NCBI GenBank assembly: GCA_963676835.2
Contig: CAXXFF010000003.1
Coordinates: forward strand, 64,001-128,000
Reading direction: 5' to 3'
Length of the DNA: 64,000 bases
DNA from: Marispirochaeta sp.
Lineage (GTDB): Bacteria; Spirochaetota; Spirochaetia; JC444; Marispirochaetaceae
The notes beneath the pieces are model-generated. The model ran no database searches. It worked only from the letters and a program-made list of their open reading frames with translations, and was not told the DNA's origin. A program made the position numbers and the translations under genes. Of the stretch, positions 8,562 through 17,833 are shown piece by piece. Each line of letters begins with the position of its first letter. Position 1 is the first letter of the stretch.

Positions 8562-11500
8562 ATGAATACAACAGAAATCAAACAGTGGTTTTCACCCCTT
8601 ATAGCTGAATGGTTCTCCCGCAAGTATCATACCCCCACTAATGCCCAGAAACTGGTGTGGCAGCAGGCAGCTTCAGATGAGCATATGCTTCTTACCTCTC
8701 CAACCGGCACGGGTAAGACTCTGGCAGCCTTTTTAACAGCCATAGACCGGCTGATCAGTGGAGTATGGCCTGCCGGTCAACTTACAGTGCTTTATATTTC
8801 ACCCCTGAAGGCCCTGAACAGGGATGTACAGTTAAACCTTTTGACGCCCTTAAAAGAAATACAAAATCTGGCATCTGAACAGAATATTACAATACCGTCA
8901 ATCAACATAGAAACAAGAAGCGGCGATACAAGTGCATACAGACGGAGAAAAATATTGTCGCATCCTCCGGAGATACTCATCACAACCCCTGAGAGCCTGA
9001 ACATGCTGATTTCCACCGTCTCAGGTTATGCACTATTTTCTCAACTTAAATGTGTCATTCTGGATGAAATTCATAACCTTGCGGGCAGCAAAAGAGGCAC
9101 CCACCTGATAACTGCGGTTGAAAGAATCGTTCCCCTCTCCGGGGAATTTCAGCGGATAGGATTATCTGCCACCATAGGTAATCCTGAAACAATGCGGGAT
9201 TTCATGGGCGGATTCATAAAGCCGGAAACTCCCAGGACTGTCAGACTTCTCAGATCAGAAGACACCCGTACAATAGAATTAAAGGTCGATACAGTTCCGG
9301 CTCAGGATTTTTCAAGTATGGAACATCTCTCTTCCGGAGAAAAGACAGATACGATCTGGAAACGTCTTGCCGGAATTATCCGCCCTCAGCTGAGCAGTGA
9401 AAAATCGACCCTCGTTTTTGTTAATTCAAGGAGACTTGCTGAAAAACTGACCTATCTGATAAATCTGGATTCAGTTGAACCTGTTGCCTATGCGCATCAT
9501 GGATCATTAAGCCGTGAAATACGGCTGCTGGCCGAAGAGCGGCTTAAAAGCGGCCGGCTCAAATGTCTTGTTGCAACAAACTCTCTGGAGCTGGGAATAG
9601 ATATTGGAGACCTTGATCACATAATTCTTGTTCAGACACCCATGTCTCTCTCTTCGGCCTTTCAGAAACTGGGGAGAGCCGGTCACGCTGTGGGAGGTAT
9701 AAGCCGGGGAACCCTATACTGCACCCACGGAAGAGACCTCCTGGCAGCGGCAGCTCTCTGCAGTGCAATCGATGGTAAAATAATTGAATCAACTATTCCC
9801 CCTGAAAATTCACTCGATGTTCTTTCCCAGATAATTGTGTCTCATCTTGTCCGAGGAGAAAATGATCTCGACAATCTATATGCAACGTTAAAAAAATCCT
9901 GGCCTTATAGAAATCTTGCAAAGGAAGAGTTCCTTAAAACAGAGGAAATGCTGCGCGGGTTCTACCAGGGAATAAAGATACAGAATCTCCCTGTTTTTAT
10001 ACTAGACACCGATCAAGGCACCTCCGCTTCTCCCGCTGCCAGGGGAGCGCTGTTCTCATCGGGAGGAACTATACCTGACCGCGGTTATTACACTCTTAAA
10101 CATGCAGGGAATGGTTCTCTCATCGGAGAACTTGATGAGGAATTTGTATGGGAACGAAAAACCGGTGATATTTTCGGATATGCCAGCAGACGCTGGCGGA
10201 TAGTCAGCATAAACAGTCAGGTTATGGAGGTTCTCCCTACCAGCAGCCCCGCCAACTCAGCTTCTTTCTTTATAGCAGAACAGTTTCTTGCGGGACCTGA
10301 AGGCTATTCCCTGACCAGGGATCTTCTTGACCGTTTTTCAGCCGACATTAACCTCAGGAAAACTCTGGAGACCAAATTCAGTTTTACTCCCGATGCAGCG
10401 GAGGGTCTTCAAGGTTTCATCGAAAAACAGTCCAGGACCGCCATGCTTCCGGGACACAATAGAATAATCAGCGAATACACACGCCTCTCGAATACCGGAA
10501 ACCTGCTGGAAATTCTTTTTATTCATACCTTTCGGGGAGGTAAAATAAACGCTCCGTTAGGGCTTATTCTGCACAAAAAAATGGAAAAGAGCGGAAATCC
10601 CGTATCTGTCAGCTGGGATAACGATTCAATTCTAATTGTTTCACCGGAAAAACTGCCGAGAGATATCTTCAGTTATGTGTCTCCCGAGGATATTACAGGT
10701 ACTCTTGTGGAAGCCCTTTCCGGCAGCGGTATTTATGGGACACGTTTCAGAGAAGCCGCAGGCCGCTCTCTAATACTGGCGAGAGATGGTTTCGGCAGAC
10801 GCACTCCCCTCTGGCTGTCCCGCTTACGGGCAAAACGGCTGTATTCAAGCCTGCACCGCTTTCCCGGTTTTCCATTGCTTATGGAAGCTGCCCATGAGTG
10901 TCTGGAACAGCAGTTCGACCTTCAGGGATTACGGAATTTTTTACAGGAAATCAAAACATCCTTACTTGATACAGTAGTAGTGGAAACCGATAGTCCATCA
11001 CCATTCTGCTCTGCCGTTTTGTGGCAACAGGTAAATGCTCAGATCTATTCGGATGACGTTCCAGAAAACTTTCCTGTAGATACTAAAGAGTGGGCAGAAC
11101 GAATCAGCTCTGGTGAGTTTCTGAAACCGGCTATTAAAGAGAGCGTAATAGATGATTTTCTTAAACGGTTGAGAAGGACAGCCCCTGAATACAGGCCTTT
11201 AAGCGCGGCTGATCTTGAATCTGTTGTACTGGAGCGACAGTACATATCTATCAGTGAGTTTAAAAAATATGCCGGTTTTCTGGAAAAGGAATATATCCTG
11301 AAACCAGATGGAAAAATCGGTTCCTTCCGAGGATGGGTCGCTTCCGGCGATCGTCTCTCCAGACTGAAACTACCCGATAATAGTGACGAGCTTTATACTA
11401 TCTTCATCGCCTGGTTTTACTATGCTGGGCCTTTTGAAAAAGAAGAGTTCAGTACAGATGATTTTTCAGTAAGCCCCTTCGAAAAAGAGACCGCTCTGAG

Positions 11501-12800
11501 AATGGTGGAAAGGGCCCTGGATGAAGGACTGATAATTGAAGACCGTTTAGGTGAAGCAGAGAACCGCAAGGAACTTATCAGCCGCGAGGCCTACGAACAG
11601 CTTCTTCGTTTTGCCCGGGGAAGAAATCGATCCGCAGAATTTAACTCTTTAAACGTGAATGAATTTGCAGAGATGTTCGCTGGATGGCAGACTACAGAAC
11701 GTAAAAGTTCAATTCTCGACATTTGCCTCCAATATGAAGGACTGGCCATTAAGAAATCAGTCTGGGACACCATTGTCTTTCCCTTACGAACAATGGATTA
11801 TAAAGCTGATAAGGTAGATGATATTCTCCATGGGAGAGAGCTGTTTTTTATCGGCGGCACCTCCGACAAGAGAACCTTCTGGCATCTGAACGACAATGAC
11901 CTGCGTACCTGTCCGCCTGAAACTGCATATGCAGGTTCGCCGGTACCGCATCGGGGTGCCTACAATTTCTGGGAAATCAGCAGCGAATTCACAGGCACCA
12001 ATGCCGAACTTGCGGCACTCCTGAAAAAATATCACACCAGAGGAGTACTATGTTCGGATACCTGGAACTATGGTGATAACTCAACAGAGTCGAAAAAAGT
12101 ACGCCCGGACAGGAAAGATTTTTCCCGTTGGCAGCAGACCCTGCCGATACAAGGCAGCTGGTTCCAGGCACCATTCGCGGAACCCGGGAACTCCCTGGAA
12201 GAACTGGAAAAAGCCAAAGAACGGGTTCGCATTTTATTTGACCGCTATCCCGTTCTGTTCAGGGAAATGCTCTACCGGGAAACCCGGCCATTCCGATGGA
12301 TGGACATTTTTCAGGCTTTGCGTTTGATGGAATTTTCAGGAGAAGTTATCAGCGGCAACTTTATTAACGCTGTTCCAGGGCTGCAATTCATCCAGCCGCA
12401 AAACAGGGAAAAACTACAGTTCTCTGACAGGCAGAGTTCACTGAGACTTCTACATGTTCAGGATCCGGCTTCTCTTTCCGGCATCCCTTTAAATGTTTTG
12501 AAAGACACTTTTCCTCCCCGAAGGGGAGATCTCTGGTATATCATGGAGGCCGGCACAATGGTGCTCTCCTATGCTCCGAATAAGGGTAACCTTCAGATTT
12601 ATTCAGAGAGTTCTGCGGAAAAAGCCTTTCACCACCTCTGCGCAAAAATGATCAGTACCCATGGCTTACCAGACAAAATACAGATACGTCAGATCAATAA
12701 TGAAAGCGCAGCTTTGTCGCCCTATTTATCTCTTCTTGAAAAAAACGGCTTTTCCAGAGGGTACAAGGAGTATACCCTCTGGAATTATAAAAGCTCTTAA
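8562..12800 (+). CDS. lhr: Full-length Lhr DEAD/H helicase
   Basis: SPTGTGKT, SPLKAL, TTPESL, DEIH, LSAT, HHGSLS, LELGIDIG, GRAGH, GTIPD, GELDEEF; C-terminal domain with GxF..GLQF and DPA. Confidence 0.92.
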   Translation: MNTTEIKQWFSPLIAEWFSRKYHTPTNAQKLVWQQAASDEHMLLTSPTGTGKTLAAFLTAIDRLISGVWPAGQLTVLYISPLKALNRDVQLNLLTPLKEIQNLASEQNITIPSINIETRSGDTSAYRRRKILSHPPEILITTPESLNMLISTVSGYALFSQLKCVILDEIHNLAGSKRGTHLITAVERIVPLSGEFQRIGLSATIGNPETMRDFMGGFIKPETPRTVRLLRSEDTRTIELKVDTVPAQDFSSMEHLSSGEKTDTIWKRLAGIIRPQLSSEKSTLVFVNSRRLAEKLTYLINLDSVEPVAYAHHGSLSREIRLLAEERLKSGRLKCLVATNSLELGIDIGDLDHIILVQTPMSLSSAFQKLGRAGHAVGGISRGTLYCTHGRDLLAAAALCSAIDGKIIESTIPPENSLDVLSQIIVSHLVRGENDLDNLYATLKKSWPYRNLAKEEFLKTEEMLRGFYQGIKIQNLPVFILDTDQGTSASPAARGALFSSGGTIPDRGYYTLKHAGNGSLIGELDEEFVWERKTGDIFGYASRRWRIVSINSQVMEVLPTSSPANSASFFIAEQFLAGPEGYSLTRDLLDRFSADINLRKTLETKFSFTPDAAEGLQGFIEKQSRTAMLPGHNRIISEYTRLSNTGNLLEILFIHTFRGGKINAPLGLILHKKMEKSGNPVSVSWDNDSILIVSPEKLPRDIFSYVSPEDITGTLVEALSGSGIYGTRFREAAGRSLILARDGFGRRTPLWLSRLRAKRLYSSLHRFPGFPLLMEAAHECLEQQFDLQGLRNFLQEIKTSLLDTVVVETDSPSPFCSAVLWQQVNAQIYSDDVPENFPVDTKEWAERISSGEFLKPAIKESVIDDFLKRLRRTAPEYRPLSAADLESVVLERQYISISEFKKYAGFLEKEYILKPDGKIGSFRGWVASGDRLSRLKLPDNSDELYTIFIAWFYYAGPFEKEEFSTDDFSVSPFEKETALRMVERALDEGLIIEDRLGEAENRKELISREAYEQLLRFARGRNRSAEFNSLNVNEFAEMFAGWQTTERKSSILDICLQYEGLAIKKSVWDTIVFPLRTMDYKADKVDDILHGRELFFIGGTSDKRTFWHLNDNDLRTCPPETAYAGSPVPHRGAYNFWEISSEFTGTNAELAALLKKYHTRGVLCSDTWNYGDNSTESKKVRPDRKDFSRWQQTLPIQGSWFQAPFAEPGNSLEELEKAKERVRILFDRYPVLFREMLYRETRPFRWMDIFQALRLMEFSGEVISGNFINAVPGLQFIQPQNREKLQFSDRQSSLRLLHVQDPASLSGIPLNVLKDTFPPRRGDLWYIMEAGTMVLSYAPNKGNLQIYSESSAEKAFHHLCAKMISTHGLPDKIQIRQINNESAALSPYLSLLEKNGFSRGYKEYTLWNYKSS

Positions 12801-12814
12801 CATAGAATCGTCCT

Positions 12815-13759
12815 ATGGAAAAACTTTCCCGCCTGGATTCAGATTCAGAGCTCCGCAAAAAGATCCTTCCCTACTGTCGTCTCAAGACAGGTGAAATCTG
12901 GGAAGATAAGATAAACGGTCACAGAGTCGGTACAGGCGATGTCCGGGACCATGACGTTACCTCCAATCTGTTTGACGGCAGAAAGGCCGACCTGTTTCTC
13001 AATGACCCACCCTATAATATCAGTGTAGGCAGCAGAAATACCGATGCCCTGTCGCAATACTCTGTTGAACAATATATTGAGTTTACACGGGACTGGTTAA
13101 ATTCCACCCTTATCTATCTTAACGATCATGCCCACTTTTATTTATGGACAGGCGCAGATCAGCGTGCAGGGTTCCAGCCTCTCCCGGAACTGATGCTTCT
13201 CATGAGGGAATATCCCCAACTTACCAGCAGAAGCTTTATTACAATGCGTAATCAGCGGGGATACGGAACTCAGAATAACTGGATGAGTGTACGACAGGAA
13301 CTTCTGTATTATATAAAAGGGAACCCGGGGTTCGATGTCCGCTATACGGATATCCCCAAAATTCTCAAAGGTTATTACAAGACAGTGTCCGGTAAAAGAA
13401 CAGAAAACATGGAACGCAGTAAAAGTGACTGCATAAGGCCGGGGAACGTATGGGTAGATATACAGCAGGTATTTTACCGGATGAAGGAAAATGTCCCCGG
13501 AGCGTATGCACAAAAACCGTTAAAAGCCGCTCTTCGCATCCTGGATGCATGCAGCTTAGGCCCAGGATCGATAACAGCCGACTTTTTCAGCCATTCAGGA
13601 ACCAGCCTGATAGCTGCCGAACAGAAAGGTCTTCAGTGCTTCACCATGGACATTGATCCGGTTTTTGCCGAATTATCCATCCGCCGTCTTGAACATTTCC
13701 GGAAAACCGGAGAACCCGGCTGGCAGACAGAATCTCCTTTTCCGGAAATATTCCCCTGA
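12815..13759 (+). CDS. Orphan N6A/N4C methyltransferase (beta-class motif order)
   Basis: NDPPY motif IV precedes QKP and a variant motif I, DFFSHSGT. Confidence 0.85.
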   Translation: MEKLSRLDSDSELRKKILPYCRLKTGEIWEDKINGHRVGTGDVRDHDVTSNLFDGRKADLFLNDPPYNISVGSRNTDALSQYSVEQYIEFTRDWLNSTLIYLNDHAHFYLWTGADQRAGFQPLPELMLLMREYPQLTSRSFITMRNQRGYGTQNNWMSVRQELLYYIKGNPGFDVRYTDIPKILKGYYKTVSGKRTENMERSKSDCIRPGNVWVDIQQVFYRMKENVPGAYAQKPLKAALRILDACSLGPGSITADFFSHSGTSLIAAEQKGLQCFTMDIDPVFAELSIRRLEHFRKTGEPGWQTESPFPEIFP

Positions 13760-13838
13760 TACTCATCCATCCTGTAATCACCTTTACGACCGTTAACCCT
13801 AATACAGTAAAAATGTAATAAAACCTAAACAATTGCGA

Positions 13839-13867
13839 TTGCTACCCGATATATAGTGTGTTAAGAT
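13839..13867 (+). promoter_or_regulatory. Putative promoter of the nrd operon
   Basis: TTGCTA-17 nt-TAAGAT with TG extension. Confidence 0.5.
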
Positions 13868-13917
13868 AGCTGAAAGATCAAACAAGGCACTATATATAAC
13901 GGCCCTACATATAGCGT
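13844..13917. promoter_or_regulatory. NrdR boxes (three candidates)
   Basis: ACCCGATATATAGTGT (13844-59), GCACTATATATAACGG (13887-902) and GCCCTACATATAGCGT (13902-17), compared with consensus acaCwAtATaTwGtgt. Confidence 0.75.
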
Positions 13918-13957
13918 GTATTATGCCAGGTTAAATAATTTCTTTGTTGGTAGGAAA

Positions 13958-14413
13958 ATGCGTTGTCCCCATTGTCAGGAAACAGAAGATAAGGTTATAG
14001 AGTCCAGACAGAATGCCAGCGGAACCTCAATCCGTCGACGCCGTGAGTGTACCGGTTGCGGGTACAGATTCACCTCCTATGAGAGGATAGAAGAAAAACC
14101 GCTCATGGTGATAAAACGGGACGGCCGCAGGGAACCCTTTTCCATAGAAAAAATTGAAGAAGGAATTCAGCGCTCATTGCAGAAACGTCCGGTTTCCCAA
14201 AAGCAGGTAGAAGATTTACTCCATGCAATTGAAGATGAAGCAGTACTGCTTGCCCGGAACAGCCGGGAGATCAAAGCCGAGAACATCGGCGATCTGGTGT
14301 TGCGTAAACTTTATGAACTGGATGGTGTAGCTTATGTCCGTTTTGCATCAGTATACCGCATGTTTGACAATGTAGGTGAATTTATCAACGAAATAGAAAA
14401 ACTGTCCCGATAG
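13958..14413 (+). CDS. nrdR: Ribonucleotide reductase repressor
   Basis: CPHC, IRRRRECxxC..RFTSYE, ATP cone, AYVRFASVY. Start at ATG 13958. Confidence 0.97.
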   Translation: MRCPHCQETEDKVIESRQNASGTSIRRRRECTGCGYRFTSYERIEEKPLMVIKRDGRREPFSIEKIEEGIQRSLQKRPVSQKQVEDLLHAIEDEAVLLARNSREIKAENIGDLVLRKLYELDGVAYVRFASVYRMFDNVGEFINEIEKLSR

Positions 14414-14467
14414 TCGGGGAAAACATAATAGAACCTGTATAGAAGGAACTGGGAGGGGAACTTTTTT

Positions 14468-16573
14468 ATGTCCGAAAACAGCTGGAAAGATTTTTTAAAA
14501 GAACATCATTCTGTCAGCCAGGAAGGGCCGGTACGACAGGTGGTCAAACGGGACGGCGAAACAGAAAGCTACGACCGCTGGCGTATTGCATCAGCTGTCA
14601 GCCGGGCTGTAAATGCAGCCCGGGACACGGATGATCAGGCGCTGGTAGAGGTTCTTACCTCCAAGGTAGAACGGCGCCTGCTTGAGTTCATGCAGTCCCG
14701 TCACCCCAATAGTGCCCCTGCGGTGGAAGAGATTCAGGATCTGGTGGAAAATGTTCTTATCGACAGCGGCGAAAGCGATATTGCCAAGAAATATATTATC
14801 TACCGCGCCCGGCATGAGGTCATGCGGGATACAAAAAAACTTATGGTTGATATCAACTCAACCATGGACGGTTACCTCAGCCAGTCAGACTGGCGGGTTA
14901 ATGAGAACGCCAATGTAAATTTTTCCCTTGGCGGACTTATCCTGCATAATTCCGGAACCATAACGGCAAACTACTGGCTTAAAAACATCTACCCCGAAGA
15001 AATTGCAGATGCCCATAGAAAAGCCGACTTTCATATTCATGATCTCTCAATGTTTTCCGGCTACTGTGCCGGCTGGTCCTTAAGACAGCTTATTCAGGAA
15101 GGTCTTGGCGGAGTACCCGATAAGATCACCTCAACTCCGGCAAAACATCTTTCCACCCTTATCCAGCAGGTGGTTAACTTCCTCGGCATTATGCAGAATG
15201 AGTGGGCAGGCGCTCAGGCACTTTCAAGCTTTGATACCTACCTTGCTCCTTTTGTAAAAGTGGACAATCTCCAGGAGGAAGAGGTAAAACAGGCTATTCA
15301 GAGTTTTGTCTTCGGCGTAAACACCCCCTCGCGCTGGGGAAGCCAGGCACCTTTTACCAACATAACCCTGGACTGGACAGTACCTCCGGACCTTGCGGAC
15401 AAAAAAGCTCTTGTCGGCGGCGAAGAGATGAAGTTCACCTACGGAGAGTGTCAGGAAGAGATGGACCTTATCAACAAGGTCTTTATTCAGCTAATGCTTG
15501 ATGGCGATGCAAACGGAAGGGGATTTCAGTATCCCATTCCAACCTATAACATCACCAGAGATTTCGGATGGGACAGCCCAAATGCGGATCTGTTGTTTAC
15601 CATGACCGCAAAGTACGGTACCCCCTATTTTCAGAACTTTATCAACTCCGACCTGGATCCCGGCGATGTACGTTCCATGTGCTGCCGGCTGCAGCTGGAT
15701 AAGCGGGAACTGCGAAAACGCGGCGGCGGGCTTTTCGGCTCAGATGAGTTTACCGGCTCTATCGGGGTTGTTACGGTCAATCTGCCAAGAATCGGTTACC
15801 TTTCCCGTGATAAGGGGGAGTTCTACCGCAGACTTTCGCGGATGATGGATCTGGCTGCGGAATCTCTCACCATTAAACGAAAGGTGATAAACCGCCTCAT
15901 GGAAGGAGGGCTCTTCCCCTACACCATGAGGTACCTGAAACACCTCAATAACCATTTCTCCACCATTGGCATCTGCGGTATGAACGAATGCCTTAAGAAC
16001 TTCATGGGTGTGGATATTACCACCATGGAAGGAAAACAGTTTGCCATTGAAATTCTTGATTTTATGAGAGACCGCCTTGCTGATTATCAGGAACGTACAG
16101 GCGATCTGTTTAACCTGGAGGCAACCCCCGCAGAGAGCACCAGCTACCGCCTGGCCAAGCATGACAAAGAACATTATCCCAATATTATTACCGGCGGTCA
16201 GGAAGAGGTCTATTATACAAACTCAACCCAGCTCCCGGTTGAATATACAGAAGATGTATTCGAAGCCCTTGACCACCAGGATGACCTGCAGACCCGCTAT
16301 ACCGGAGGAACCGTTTTCCATGGCCTCGTAGGCGAAGCAATAGAAGATACAGAATCCTGTAAAAACCTGGTGAAGGCAGTTGCCAGTAATTACCGGCTGC
16401 CCTACTTTACCATAACACCAACCTTCTCTATCTGTCCGGTACATGGATACCTGTCGGGTGAACATTTCGACTGCCCGAAATGCAGAGAGGAAGAAGAAAT
16501 ACGGCTGAAAACAGAGATCAATAACCTCAAAGCCCTGAAAAAAGAGCTGCAGTCTCAGGCTGCCCCTGTATAA
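14468..16573 (+). CDS. nrdD: Class III ribonucleotide reductase, catalytic subunit lacking the glycyl-radical loop
   Basis: ATP cone, HIHDL..YCAG, RSMCCRL finger loop, EATPAE, YTGGT, CPVH..CPKC Zn site; no RxxGY motif before the stop. Confidence 0.95.
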   Translation: MSENSWKDFLKEHHSVSQEGPVRQVVKRDGETESYDRWRIASAVSRAVNAARDTDDQALVEVLTSKVERRLLEFMQSRHPNSAPAVEEIQDLVENVLIDSGESDIAKKYIIYRARHEVMRDTKKLMVDINSTMDGYLSQSDWRVNENANVNFSLGGLILHNSGTITANYWLKNIYPEEIADAHRKADFHIHDLSMFSGYCAGWSLRQLIQEGLGGVPDKITSTPAKHLSTLIQQVVNFLGIMQNEWAGAQALSSFDTYLAPFVKVDNLQEEEVKQAIQSFVFGVNTPSRWGSQAPFTNITLDWTVPPDLADKKALVGGEEMKFTYGECQEEMDLINKVFIQLMLDGDANGRGFQYPIPTYNITRDFGWDSPNADLLFTMTAKYGTPYFQNFINSDLDPGDVRSMCCRLQLDKRELRKRGGGLFGSDEFTGSIGVVTVNLPRIGYLSRDKGEFYRRLSRMMDLAAESLTIKRKVINRLMEGGLFPYTMRYLKHLNNHFSTIGICGMNECLKNFMGVDITTMEGKQFAIEILDFMRDRLADYQERTGDLFNLEATPAESTSYRLAKHDKEHYPNIITGGQEEVYYTNSTQLPVEYTEDVFEALDHQDDLQTRYTGGTVFHGLVGEAIEDTESCKNLVKAVASNYRLPYFTITPTFSICPVHGYLSGEHFDCPKCREEEEIRLKTEINNLKALKKELQSQAAPV

Positions 16574-16603
16574 ACGAAACGGTTTAAAGAAAGGACGGAA
16601 AGA

Positions 16604-17128
16604 ATGAAGAAAACAGAAATGACCATCAGCGACGTGGAAAAGAAACTCGAAGAACTTACCATGAACCTCAAGAATGTCCGGGGAAGAACAACTGAAGTCT
16701 ACACACGGATAGTAGGTTATTACCGTTCAGTGAAAAACTGGAACCGGGGTAAACGGGAAGAATACGATTACAGAACTCCCTATAATGTTCCCGCAGATAT
16801 GCCCAAAGCAGAAATGAAGAGGTCCGCAGATGCGTTTAGTGCTGACACTGCAGCTTCACCGGAAACCTCCGGCATTGCCAGCTACCAGTATTTTTTCCGC
16901 ACAACCTGCCCTAACTGTCCGCCGGTAAAAAGTTACCTCAGCGAGCTGGGCTTCAGCGGCAATGAAATTAATGTTGATATGGAAGAAGGCTACAGCCTGG
17001 CCGGAAATCTTGCAGTCTGCGCTACTCCGACTGTTATCTTCAGGGATGTCAGGGGAGATGAAATATTCCGGGCTTCCAACCTTCAGGATTTAATCAAATC
17101 CTTTGAAAAAGAACAGGCTGCGGTTTAA
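16604..17128 (+). CDS. NrdD glycyl-radical domain fused to a thioredoxin/glutaredoxin-like domain
   Basis: TEVYTRIVGYYRSVKNWNRGKREE (Gly38), Ala/Ser-rich linker, CPNC (C102/C105), cis-Pro motif ATPT. Confidence 0.9.
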   Translation: MKKTEMTISDVEKKLEELTMNLKNVRGRTTEVYTRIVGYYRSVKNWNRGKREEYDYRTPYNVPADMPKAEMKRSADAFSADTAASPETSGIASYQYFFRTTCPNCPPVKSYLSELGFSGNEINVDMEEGYSLAGNLAVCATPTVIFRDVRGDEIFRASNLQDLIKSFEKEQAAV

Positions 17129-17130
17129 GT

Positions 17131-17832
17131 CTGAACTGGGGCCTTATAAAAACATCTCTTTTAGATTATCCCGGCAAGGTAGCTGCAGTCCTGTTCACCC
17201 GGGGCTGCAATTACCGCTGCCCCTTCTGTCATAATCCGGAACTCGTAACAGGACCGGAACCATCAGATTTTCTCACCAGGCAAGAAGTTCTCTCATATCT
17301 GACAAAGCGTCGAAATGTCCTTGGCGGCGTCTCCATTACAGGAGGCGAACCGCTGATGCATGAGGAGACACTTTCAATGATCGAGAGCATCCATGCCCTG
17401 GGACTGCCGGTAAAGCTTGACACTAACGGCTCCTTTCCTGAAAGGCTTACTGAAAGCGGTGCCGATTATTTTGCCATGGATATTAAGACAGCCTTCTCAC
17501 GATATGCATCCGTGCTGAATGAAAATGCGGATATTGAAGCATCTGTAGATAAAGTAAAGCAGTCTATCAGACTTATCCTGAAATCCGGTACTCCTCACCA
17601 GTTTCGTACCACCATGGTTCCGGGAATTGTTGGTCCGGAAGATTTTAATGAGATTATTCCCTCGGTAAAAGGTGCATATTCCTATCTGCTTTCAGGGTTC
17701 AGACCGGGGAACACCCTGGATACAAATTTCAGTAATCTTGAACCATATGATGATGCGGTTCTAACCGGAACTGCTGCGATGCTTGAAGGAGCGGGTATAA
17801 AAGTAAAGATTGCATGGAATAAAACAGCTTAG
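17131..17832 (+). CDS. nrdG: Anaerobic RNR activating radical SAM enzyme; non-canonical start
   Basis: Frame open from 17107: LNWGLIKTSLLDYPGKVAAVLFTRGCNYRCPFCHNP..ITGGEP..KLDTNG..AMDIK. The ORF-track start at 17356 omits CxxxCxxC. CTG 17131 proposed as start. Confidence 0.9.
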   Translation: MNWGLIKTSLLDYPGKVAAVLFTRGCNYRCPFCHNPELVTGPEPSDFLTRQEVLSYLTKRRNVLGGVSITGGEPLMHEETLSMIESIHALGLPVKLDTNGSFPERLTESGADYFAMDIKTAFSRYASVLNENADIEASVDKVKQSIRLILKSGTPHQFRTTMVPGIVGPEDFNEIIPSVKGAYSYLLSGFRPGNTLDTNFSNLEPYDDAVLTGTAAMLEGAGIKVKIAWNKTA

Positions 17833-17833
17833 C

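Noticed and set aside
8562..13759. Helicase plus MTase as a restriction, DISARM or BREX-type defence system
   Set aside because: The helicase is full-length Lhr; no nuclease, PglZ, DUF1998 or mobility genes are nearby.
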